Source: an uncultured Bacteroidales bacterium
Lineage (GTDB): Bacteria; Bacteroidota; Bacteroidia; Bacteroidales; Paludibacteraceae
Length of the DNA stretch: 64,000 bases
Direction: 5' to 3'
NCBI GenBank assembly: GCA_902799185.1
Contig: CADBZO010000004.1
Span: 485-64,484 of the forward strand
The position numbers and the translations under genes are program-made. The notes under the pieces were generated by a model. It had not been told where the DNA came from, ran no database searches, and was given only the letters and a program-made list of their open reading frames with translations. Position 1 is the stretch's first letter; the number at the start of each line of letters is the position of its first letter. Shown here piece after piece: positions 46,901 to 53,826 of the stretch.

Positions 46901-47500
46901 TATAAATATCCGCCTGAGGAAGCTGACAATGCAATGGATATTGTTCTTCGGCAATGTGAACAATGGACTGATAATATTAGTCTATCAACCTCATCACAAC
47001 ATATTACACCTGATCAAAATCAAGAAAATCCCCAAATAAGACCTCTTTATCCTGACTATCGGGAAGGCAGCCTTCCGCTTTATTCCATCCGTGCAGCGTG
47101 TGGTTATTTTGGAGAAGGCGAGGAAGTGGAAGTGCAAGGATGGATTTCCGCAGAAGGTATCGGGCGGCTTAACGAAGATATGTTCGTTGTGCAAGCCGCA
47201 GGCAATTCCATGGAACCGCGTATCCATGATGGCGACTACTGCGTCTTTGAGCGATATAAAGGCGGCTCACGAAACGGGAAGATTGTCCTTGCGCAACACC
47301 GTGGATACTATGACGATGACAATGCCGGAGCCTTCTCCATCAAGGAGTATAATAGTACCAAATCTGCAGATGAGTACGGCAATTGGCAGCATGAGTCTAT
47401 AGAACTCCGTCCGCTAAATCCTGCCTATAATCCCATCGTTCTCACGCCGGATGATATAGAAGATTTCCGCATCATCGGAGAGTTTGTAGCAACACTTTGA
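43934..47500 (+). CDS. hsdR: Type I restriction enzyme R subunit with a C-terminal S24/LexA-like peptidase domain (1188 aa)
   Basis: N-terminal nuclease region (ADIVVFINGLPLVVIELK). Helicase motifs HTQGSGKS, DEAH and TGTP. A DUF3387-like tail. Then GNSMEPRIHDGDYCVF (47201-) ... AFSIKEY ... LRPLNPAYNPIVL ... IIGEFVATL. Confidence 0.85.
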   Translation: MMTYNENNYEYAVIALFQGMGYQHLYGPDIERDYYVPYYAKQLQQSLETINPDKPSAAIQEAISKLKDIDSRNLVLANETFMDYLQHGIEVSWFDGKEQKNDLVYLVEYDPELINRNSFLVVNQWTFVENETEKRADIVVFINGLPLVVIELKSPSREETDASEAYLQLRNYITQIPSLFVYNAFCVMSDMAISKAGTITSSEDRYMEWKTKTGEYESKAHADFDTFFEGMFRRDWLLDILKNFICFSKDEAGSAKILAGYHQFFAVRKAVERTKYATQTEKKEHKGKIGVFWHTQGSGKSLSMVFYAHLLQAELSQPTIIVITDRNDLDDQLYTQFSKCQHFLRQKPEQASSREHLKRLLAGREANGIIFTTMQKFEESSEALSMRRNIVVMTDEAHRGQYGFEEKVDAKTGKISVGIARVIHNSLPNASYIGFTGTPISLKDRDTQEVFGDYIDVYDMTQAVLDNATCPVFYESRVINLRLDEKTLKAIDDAYDQLEEEGATTEQIEKSKKEMSHLEELLGAPETIDSLCQDIIQHYEENRQYELTGKAMIVAYSRPIAMKIYHRMLELRPNWTEKVKVVMTSGNQDPEDWHKIIGNSQYKKELAKRFKDNSDPMKIAIVVNMWLTGFDVPSLATMYVYKPMKGHNLMQAIARVNRVFQDKSGGLVVDYIGIAKALKEAMHDYTKRDKDNYGDTDIKKTALVKFREKLEICRDIFHGFDYSDFQTGTDADRALIIKGGVNFMMCPEKGDVLRVYLKESSLLHSAVTLCRSLLEEDERYEAAFFETVRTLLNRLKGKGKVSKKEINAHIGELLKQSVHSDGVVNLFSDIKAEFSLFDAAFLEEISKMKEKNIAIELLKRLLAERVHLYQKTNVIQAEKFSDMLNASLSNYLKGLLTNEEVIQELLKLAKEIATSEAQGNELGLTMEEKAFYDALTRPQAVKDVYTNEQLVEMTHELTDQLRKNRTIDWQKKETARAGMRRMIKRLLKKYKYPPEEADNAMDIVLRQCEQWTDNISLSTSSQHITPDQNQENPQIRPLYPDYREGSLPLYSIRAACGYFGEGEEVEVQGWISAEGIGRLNEDMFVVQAAGNSMEPRIHDGDYCVFERYKGGSRNGKIVLAQHRGYYDDDNAGAFSIKEYNSTKSADEYGNWQHESIELRPLNPAYNPIVLTPDDIEDFRIIGEFVATL

Positions 47501-47675
47501 CTTTTTATCTCCTAAAATAGTAGACCCCTTTTAACCATGCCCTGTCCGCGTAATTCTGCAAAAAAAAGTTGCTTTCAGGTGATAGATTTTAGGTCTTTTT
47601 TGACTTATATATGGAGGGGTATATAAATACGAATCTATTAACACAAAACACAACGGATAAAATATTATTAGATAT

Positions 47676-48710
47676 ATGTCCAAACAACTACAAATACGCA
47701 ACTCCACGGCTGAGTTCTTGATCTTCCAAGCCGAAGACAAGGCGCAAGGCGTGCAGGTGTTCTACCAAGATGAGACCATCTGGGCTTCGCAAAAAGCCAT
47801 CGCCGCTTTGTTTGATTGCTCAACAGACAACGTAAGTCTGCACTTGAAAAACATCTTTGAGAGCGGAGAATTACAAACGGAGGCAACAACCGAGAAATTC
47901 TCGGTAGTTCAAAAAGAGGGTAATAGAGAAGTTACTCGCTCAGTTCTCTTCTACAATCTTGATGCTATTATTGCTGTCGGCTATCGCGTTAATTCCCGGC
48001 GAGCTACGCAGTTCAGGCAGTGGTGTACGGCTGTGTTAAGGCAGTTTGCCATCCGTGGATATGTCATAGACAAGAAACGCATGGAGAACGGAGCTTTCAT
48101 CAGCGAGGATTACTTCGAGCACCTGTTAGCAGAAATTCGTGAGATTAGGCTCTCCGAACGACGCTTCTATCAGAAACTGACAGATATATATGCAACGGCT
48201 ATCGACTATAACCGTGATGCACCCACCACGCGGGAGTTTTTCGCCAAAGTGCAGAACAAAATGCACTACGCCGTACACGGACAGACGGCTGCGGAACTGA
48301 TTGTATCGCGCGCCAATGCTCAGAAAGAGCACATGGGACTTACCACTTGGGAGAATGCTCCGCATGGGAAGATTGTCAAACCCGATGTGAGCATTGCCAA
48401 GAACTATCTCAACGAAGCCGAATTGGAAGACATGGGACAATTGGTCAACTCTGTTTTGGACGCCGCCGAACGTATGGCCAAACGGCATATCCCGATGACC
48501 ATGGAGGATTGGGCGAAACGTATCGACATCATTCTGGAAGCCACTGACGACAGAATACTGACCGATGCCGGCTCAGTCTCGCATGAGTTTGCACAAGCTT
48601 TTGCAGAGACAGAATTTGAGAAATACCGCGTCATCCAGGACCGTCTGTTTGAGTCAGATTTTGACAAGTTCACTCTGCCGACATTGCCTTTTGAAGATCA
48701 AGAAGATTAA
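47676..48710 (+). CDS. rhuM: RhuM-family protein
   Basis: LFYNLDAIIAVGYRVNSRRATQFRQWCTAVLRQFAIRGYVIDKKRME is characteristic of RhuM. Confidence 0.8.
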   Translation: MSKQLQIRNSTAEFLIFQAEDKAQGVQVFYQDETIWASQKAIAALFDCSTDNVSLHLKNIFESGELQTEATTEKFSVVQKEGNREVTRSVLFYNLDAIIAVGYRVNSRRATQFRQWCTAVLRQFAIRGYVIDKKRMENGAFISEDYFEHLLAEIREIRLSERRFYQKLTDIYATAIDYNRDAPTTREFFAKVQNKMHYAVHGQTAAELIVSRANAQKEHMGLTTWENAPHGKIVKPDVSIAKNYLNEAELEDMGQLVNSVLDAAERMAKRHIPMTMEDWAKRIDIILEATDDRILTDAGSVSHEFAQAFAETEFEKYRVIQDRLFESDFDKFTLPTLPFEDQED

Positions 48711-48730
48711 CCCTACCCTGTCCGCATAAC

Positions 48731-48764
48731 AAAAGTGAGCCGCCTTTCTGGGCGACTCACTTTT
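48731..48764 (+). terminator. Terminator hairpin after rhuM
   Basis: aaaagtgagccgcc-tttctg-ggcgactcactttt. The A/T-rich flanks suggest it is bidirectional. Confidence 0.6.
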
Positions 48765-48765
48765 A

Positions 48766-48803
48766 TCTCCCCCTCTCTTGAGGAGAGGGACGGGGTGAGG
48801 TTA
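48766..48803. repeat. REP-like palindromic unit (CCCTCTC..GGAGAGGG..CGGGGTGAGG)
   Basis: Reverse-orientation copy of unit 1 of the element inserted in mutA (62181-62215). Confidence 0.7.
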
Positions 48804-49099
48804 TTACTCTTGCATCAGCAGTTGCATAACCACTTTCGCAGAGTATGCAACCGGGGTGCCGGGGCCGAAGATGGCGGCAACGCCGGCTTTGTAGAGGAAG
48901 TCATAGTCCTGCGCGGGGATGACACCACCGGCGGTGACCATGATATCCGGACGGCCGAGTTTCTTGAGCTCCTCGATGACCTGCGGGATGAGGGTCTTGT
49001 GACCTGCCGCGAGGCTGGAGACACCCAGTACATGGACGTCGTTCTCCACTGCCTGTTTAGCTGCCTCTGCCGGAGTCTGGAACAACGGTCCCATATCGA
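48804..49099 (-). pseudogene. mutB: Displaced 3' fragment of methylmalonyl-CoA mutase large subunit (B12-binding domain C-terminus)
   Basis: Encodes the same 96 residues (...[14 protein letters not shown]...VVMQLLMQE) as 58821-59116. My hand alignment gives about 18 synonymous differences. Homology stops abruptly at 49099. Confidence 0.85.
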
Positions 49100-49106
49100 T
49101 CGTCAA

Positions 49107-49590
49107 ACGCTGCGTTTAAGCGAGGGCAGAGGATATGCACTTGTATATATCCTATGCCGAGCGTAGCAGGGTCTCTAAGCCGTCATGCCGACAACTTGTT
49201 TGGCGGCTTTAATAAAAAGGCTTAGAGGTATATGGGAAAGGTACAGACTCCGTGCAGAGGCAGCCACAAACAGGCGGGACGATGGACATGGCCGGGGTGT
49301 ATGCGTGGGAGCAGGGCACAAAAGAGACTCAGACCGCGCAAGGGCATAGAAGGAGCACAAAAGAAATTCGGGCGTCCGTACGGATAGCAGGGTCACGGTG
49401 GAGGCAGCCCCGCGCGCAAGGACTACAGACTTCGGCTAAGTCGGTGTCGCCGCTCAGATTCGGGCACAGGGCACACAAGGTTGGCTACGGAAAGGTGGGT
49501 AATGGAAAGGATGCAGGGAATGATCCAGAAAATCTATTGCTAACGAAAGGGAGGATATAACGCAGTTCAATATCCGCAATTTTTATGCTC
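49107..49590 (+). ncRNA. ORF-free purine-rich region with many hairpins (unclassified structured-RNA candidate)
   Basis: Hairpins at 49130-49153, 49177-49209 and 49553-49575, the last followed by a T-run. GGAAAGG / GCAAGG / GGGAA-type segments. The only ORF (49252-49560) is low-complexity. Confidence 0.3.
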
Positions 49591-49646
49591 ACTCCACGCG
49601 CAGAAGAACTATCCCCTCGCACAATATATCTTCTTCTTGCTCAATA

Positions 49647-49745
49647 AACAAAGCCCTGAGCGAAGCGATGACCTTATTAAAAAGGGAAAGAAAATCAACA
49701 AACAAAGCCGTGAGCAGAGCGAACACCTTATTGGGGAAAGAAAAT
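49647..49745. repeat. Two tandem imperfect units of about 48 bp
   Basis: aaacaaagccctgagcgaagcgatgaccttattaaaaagggaaagaaaat / aaacaaagccgtgagcagagcgaacaccttattggggaaagaaaat. Confidence 0.8.
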
Positions 49746-49853
49746 AAAAAACGATACCAAGTTACGATAGTTTTTTGACATAGGCAAAAATATTCCGATT
49801 TAGACGGAAACGCAAAAAACTTACGCATATATCATTGCAAAATCAAAACATTA

Positions 49854-49885
49854 TTTGCTTATCTCGAAAAATTATTGTATCTTTG
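49854..49885 (+). promoter_or_regulatory. Well-formed Bacteroidota promoter TTTG-N20-TATCTTTG with no downstream CDS
   Basis: tttgcttatctcgaaaaattattgtatctttg. The next roughly 240 nt on this strand are non-coding. Confidence 0.5.
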
Positions 49886-49894
49886 TGCTATCGG

Positions 49895-50135
49895 ATACCG
49901 ATTGACAATCGGCGGAATACGAAGAAAAATATAGTAGTGATACAATCACCGCGAAATGGACAAACATTTTGAACCAGAATAGAATTTCTGGAAACGAACA
50001 AAGGTGGGATGTCCGAATAGTATTCGGACGCAATGGACAAACGGCAGTTATTAATTGCGGATGTAAATGAGTGGCGGATTAAATCCATCTGAAACACGAA
50101 GAAAGAAAAACGCGGCACGGGTGTGTCGCGTTGTG
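49895..50135 (+). ncRNA. Candidate small RNA downstream of the orphan promoter
   Basis: Hairpins at 49898-49912, 50011-50029 and 50109-50132 (aacgcg-N12-cgcgtt). AATGGACAAAC occurs twice (49956 and 50032). Confidence 0.25.
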
Positions 50136-50137
50136 GA

Positions 50138-50902
50138 TTATTTAAACCAACCGTCTTCTTTGTTGCGAGCGCGGTAATAGTCGTTGCGCTCTTGCTTGGA
50201 CATGCCTTTGGTATCTTTGTTGTACTGAGACATGCGCTCATAGTAATCAGCAGAAGCGTCTATGCCGCTCTGCCATGCTTCTTTCATGCCTTCCGCTGTA
50301 TATTCGAATACCCTATAGTTATCTATGTGTAAAGAAGCCGCTGTTTGCGCTACATTCTGGTTCGTCCCCATAAATACAAACATAACTCCATGCTCTTTTA
50401 AGGCATCTATGCGGTCTATTACTGCGAAAATTGAATAGCGTTTAGAAGCATTTTCGAGACCATCGCTGATAATGGTAACAACTGCCGTGGCATTTTCAAG
50501 ACTATCCAATTTGATTTTGAGAGAATCTAGTGAAATACCTATGGCATCCAATAACGCAGTGTTGCCTATTGGTCTATAATCATCGAGCAATAAATCAGGA
50601 ATATTCCGAATAGTATCGCAGTCAAAGACATTCGTTACAGAATCGTTAAAAAACGATAAAGTGATATAATTCTGTTGCACAAGAGCATTTTGTTCCTGTG
50701 CGTTACGAACTACTTCCAAAATGCCATTATAACCTTGCACCGCAGCATCTCGAAGAGGATACATGGAAGCACTCCGATCTAAGATCACGATATTATAAAT
50801 CTTAACAACATCGACATTTTCGTCGGTAGTTTGAGCATGTTGCTTGGCACAACCGAATAGAACGAAAACAGAAAAAATCAATAATAGAAATCTACTTTTC
50901 AT
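50138..50902 (-). CDS. Lipoprotein with von Willebrand factor A (vWA) domain
   Basis: Lipobox VLFGC. MIDAS-like ILDRSASM. ATG at 50902 preferred over 50935. Confidence 0.65.
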   Translation of the reverse strand: MKSRFLLLIFSVFVLFGCAKQHAQTTDENVDVVKIYNIVILDRSASMYPLRDAAVQGYNGILEVVRNAQEQNALVQQNYITLSFFNDSVTNVFDCDTIRNIPDLLLDDYRPIGNTALLDAIGISLDSLKIKLDSLENATAVVTIISDGLENASKRYSIFAVIDRIDALKEHGVMFVFMGTNQNVAQTAASLHIDNYRVFEYTAEGMKEAWQSGIDASADYYERMSQYNKDTKGMSKQERNDYYRARNKEDGWFK

Positions 50903-51623
50903 GTGCGCAAGGTTTAATAATTTCATACGGAACAAAGCTCATAAAGGTATCAGCGGCAAAGCATGCGATGTCGTATTGATTATATACAAAAGTCAAACCT
51001 CTATCGGAAATAATGAAGTTGTTATTTGGCAGAATCGTGTCTACCAAAATTCCCCATGCCTTGTCGGATTGACGGATATGACTATCTAAATACGCAGAGA
51101 CGGATGAAACATCACTCGCTAGGTTTTCTATAGAAATCGGTTCGCCAGTGTGCGTATCGAAGTAGCGATAGTAATAACCCTCTGTACCATGTGCGCCTAA
51201 GTCGTACCATTTTGTGTGACAATAATATCCGTAAATCGAATCGTCCAGATGATACGTACGCAGACTGATATAGTCGTTGTGCTGATACGCGTATATAGAT
51301 TCAGTATCTTTTACGACCACAGCCGGATACTCATACAGCTTCTGCAAATCTGCGGTATCAAACCTTGCACGATTGCTTGTGGTGTCGTTCAAGAACTCTG
51401 CTACAATATGGTCGTGAATCTTTGTCCATGCTTCATTTGTTGGTAACGGACATTCTATGTCGCGATAGATCTGAGATGACATTTCAGGCATATCATCAGA
51501 TGCAGGGAGTGTGATTGCACTATTGTAATAATAGCACACAAGCTGAGGGGTGTTATCTGCTTTATTGCACGCCACAAGTGCGAATGCTAATAGAGCTATT
51601 GAGAATATTTTAGATGTTTTCAT
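50892..51623 (-). CDS. Lipoprotein, DUF3298/DUF4163-like
   Basis: Lipobox ALVAC. The C-terminal GLTFVYNQYDIACFAADTF resembles the DUF3298 end. Call is from memory. Confidence 0.5.
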   Translation of the reverse strand: MKTSKIFSIALLAFALVACNKADNTPQLVCYYYNSAITLPASDDMPEMSSQIYRDIECPLPTNEAWTKIHDHIVAEFLNDTTSNRARFDTADLQKLYEYPAVVVKDTESIYAYQHNDYISLRTYHLDDSIYGYYCHTKWYDLGAHGTEGYYYRYFDTHTGEPISIENLASDVSSVSAYLDSHIRQSDKAWGILVDTILPNNNFIISDRGLTFVYNQYDIACFAADTFMSFVPYEIIKPCAHEK

Positions 51624-52273
51624 TAGTCGCGATATTTCAAGGGTTTCCAGATATCTTCTCTTGCGTTTAACTCTTTAAGTGCTCGTTTGACGCGGTTAAG
51701 CATTTTGCCGTTCCAAAGAATCTCTTTGTAGGGATATATAAAACGCACACGGCACTTGTCTCCGTGACGATATACATTAAACTTTTCTATAGTTTCATTC
51801 CACAGAACCGGCATGTGAAACCGCAAGATGTGATTCGGATTCGCACGCTTGTTCGCCATCTCCTCGCATTGTTCCAAATAGGTTATAGGATCATCCGTCA
51901 AATCCGTATAGGGATATACCACGTGCACCTTATATTGACCATCGCGAATAACCAGTATACCCAAAGGTTTATCTCCTTCATTAAGGGAATATATTTCAAA
52001 CTCTTTAGAATCCTTATCTTCAGCACGAACCTTTTGAAACTCCTCAAAGAGCAAATCAAGCAACCATCTTGTTTTCTCCTCGGTCGTCAACTCCGGATCT
52101 ACAATAGAGCCGACCTGCTCGTGCAGAAAGCCTTTGATTGTAAAGCGCTTCTCTTTGCGGTTCTTATATAGGAAGCACGCCTCAATTAAATCCAAATTAG
52201 CAGGAACATCTTGCTCGTGATATTCCATTGTGCTTGTCTCTATGAAATGATATTTAATCATACACTTATCCAA
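51623..52273 (-). CDS. Hypothetical protein (216 aa)
   Basis: ORF whose start and stop overlap both neighbours. No recognisable family. Confidence 0.55.
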   Translation of the reverse strand: MDKCMIKYHFIETSTMEYHEQDVPANLDLIEACFLYKNRKEKRFTIKGFLHEQVGSIVDPELTTEEKTRWLLDLLFEEFQKVRAEDKDSKEFEIYSLNEGDKPLGILVIRDGQYKVHVVYPYTDLTDDPITYLEQCEEMANKRANPNHILRFHMPVLWNETIEKFNVYRHGDKCRVRFIYPYKEILWNGKMLNRVKRALKELNAREDIWKPLKYRD

Positions 52274-53351
52274 AAAGTTTTTGAGTTTTTATTTTGATTT
52301 CATTCTCACGTCTCTTAATTTCGCCATCCAACCACTTCAATGCCTCATCGGGAAAAGGAGACTCAGATGAAGAAAGATTTGCCCCAGACTGAAACTCTAC
52401 TGACCATTGGGAATTGGAGTCTACAGCATTATTATATCTTATTCGGCAGCGCGACAATTCAGCCCGAAGTTCATCAAGCTCCTTGCGCCTCGACCAATTC
52501 AACCAATCTATTGCATAGCGACTATCTCTTAATTCACACCGTTTTATTAAAATAGTATCTCCGAGAAAAATATTATCCGGTTGACTATTCTTCAAAGAAT
52601 GACGATAAAACATTATTTCCTCTGCAACAAAATCATCAGTCTCTTTCGCAGAATAAAAAGCTCCAATTATATCCTCATATAGATAGACTACCTTGTAAAA
52701 CCCTGGCGCATAATAGTTATACCTATAGCCCTGCAATAATGGTCTATGTTCCCAAGAATTATCATCTTCCAAATTGTAATCACAATTCTCCCTAAGTCTC
52801 CAATCTAGCATTATGTCATATGCAATCTTTCCGCTCCAAGAATATGCCTTAATATCATCTAGATTATAGTTGTTTTTCCTATAAAACGCATATTCTTTTG
52901 CTGGCAAATAAGTACCGCATTGAAAAGGATGATGCATCACTACCGATGAACGAGAAGACGATATGAACTCACTCCATTTACATTTATATTCTTCCCATTT
53001 ACCACGCATTCTTTCCGAATCAAAATCAAACTTGTCATCGAAGAAGTGGATATAGTCTACCAGTGCAGAAGCAGAAGAAAACGGGCGCACTCGTCCTTCA
53101 TGTACTTTCTGATGGCACGACTCACACAACGTAATTAAGGTGTCATCTGGATATTCCCACGGCAACAATGAAGAAACATACCCTTTGTGATGTACATGCA
53201 AAAATTCATCAGCGGCTTCTGCTCCACATTCCTGACAAGTATAATTATCCCTACGAAGTATCTCATGTCTGCGCGATTGCCATTCATTAGTAAGCAATTG
53301 CTCTTGATAAAAATTACTATACTCTGCGCTATATTTATCTGCTGATGCCAC
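52266..53351 (-). CDS. HNH nuclease domain protein with an unknown roughly 270-aa C-terminal region
   Basis: RRDNYTCQECG...HVHHKGY...LITLCESCHQKVH forms an HNH zinc-finger pattern. Confidence 0.7.
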   Translation of the reverse strand: MASADKYSAEYSNFYQEQLLTNEWQSRRHEILRRDNYTCQECGAEAADEFLHVHHKGYVSSLLPWEYPDDTLITLCESCHQKVHEGRVRPFSSASALVDYIHFFDDKFDFDSERMRGKWEEYKCKWSEFISSSRSSVVMHHPFQCGTYLPAKEYAFYRKNNYNLDDIKAYSWSGKIAYDIMLDWRLRENCDYNLEDDNSWEHRPLLQGYRYNYYAPGFYKVVYLYEDIIGAFYSAKETDDFVAEEIMFYRHSLKNSQPDNIFLGDTILIKRCELRDSRYAIDWLNWSRRKELDELRAELSRCRIRYNNAVDSNSQWSVEFQSGANLSSSESPFPDEALKWLDGEIKRRENEIKIKTQKLFG

Positions 53352-53363
53352 AGTATTTGGTGT

Positions 53364-53624
53364 TTATAAAGGCATTAATTTATACACAAGTTTTAAATCC
53401 TCAAGGAAACGTTCCGCTAAAGGAATATACATATAAGATTGTCTTCTGAAATCTATAAAAGCATTCACTTGCTGCTCTATTTCCTCCCATACATACGGGG
53501 TGTGTAATTCTTCTCTGTAGAGTTCCGTAAAATGACTAAGCAACTTACCATCATTAGAAATGGAATCAATTGCGAAATATTTACCCAATATCTCGTTCAA
53601 ACTATCTGATAATGCTTCGCTCAT
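53364..53624 (-). CDS. Hypothetical protein (86 aa), first gene of the five-gene operon
   Basis: ORF 12 nt upstream of the HNH gene, with a promoter-like palindrome just upstream. Confidence 0.5.
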   Translation of the reverse strand: MSEALSDSLNEILGKYFAIDSISNDGKLLSHFTELYREELHTPYVWEEIEQQVNAFIDFRRQSYMYIPLAERFLEDLKLVYKLMPL

Positions 53625-53642
53625 GTTGTATGTGCTTTAAAT

Positions 53643-53666
53643 GTAATTTTGCGACTGCAAAATTAC
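53643..53666. promoter_or_regulatory. Palindrome carrying TAATTTTG -7 boxes on both strands
   Basis: gtaattttgc-gact-gcaaaattac. The minus-strand box lies 33 nt upstream of the ATG at 53624. Confidence 0.45.
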
Positions 53667-53826
53667 TAAAAAGATTTGACATGTACAAGTTTTCGGGCGA
53701 GAAAGTGCGGAGAAAGTATATTTTGCAGGGAAAATACGAAAAAACTCGCAGTTAGAGGCTGCGAGTTTGGGAAAACCCGGGGGCTTCACCGACACTACGT
53801 TCGGGAGAGGACTTTCCGGGACAGGA

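Larger units (their letters stand above)
34380..48803. mobile_element. Lower-G+C accessory/defence island next to tmRNA and tRNA-Ala
   Basis: Composition becomes visibly AT-richer after the tRNA. Cargo is AlbA_2, DUF2971, type I R-M, FRG and RhuM. No integrase or att duplication was identified, so mobility is inferred only. Confidence 0.45.

Noticed and set aside
48600-48803. A duplicated tRNA-Ala or tmRNA 3' segment marking the far end of the first island.
   Set aside because: I looked for ggttcgactccc-type sequence near 47500-48800 and saw none. The island boundary is therefore not defined by an att repeat.
48735-49166. 143-aa plus-strand ORF across the displaced mutB fragment.
   Set aside because: It is antisense to a sequence that is clearly the mutB 3' end. 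The translation is R/G/D-rich with no family resemblance.
49252-49560. 102-aa ORF inside the purine-rich region.
   Set aside because: The translation is G/R/K/A-rich and repetitive. There is no plausible start context or family resemblance, and the region looks non-coding and structured.
49107-49590. RNase P RNA, a cobalamin riboswitch or an intact group II intron as the identity of the purine-rich region.
   Set aside because: I could not find the GGAAAGUCCGG-type P4 segment of RNase P, a B12 box (GCCACUG context), the GUGYG 5' end, domain V, or a reverse-transcriptase ORF.
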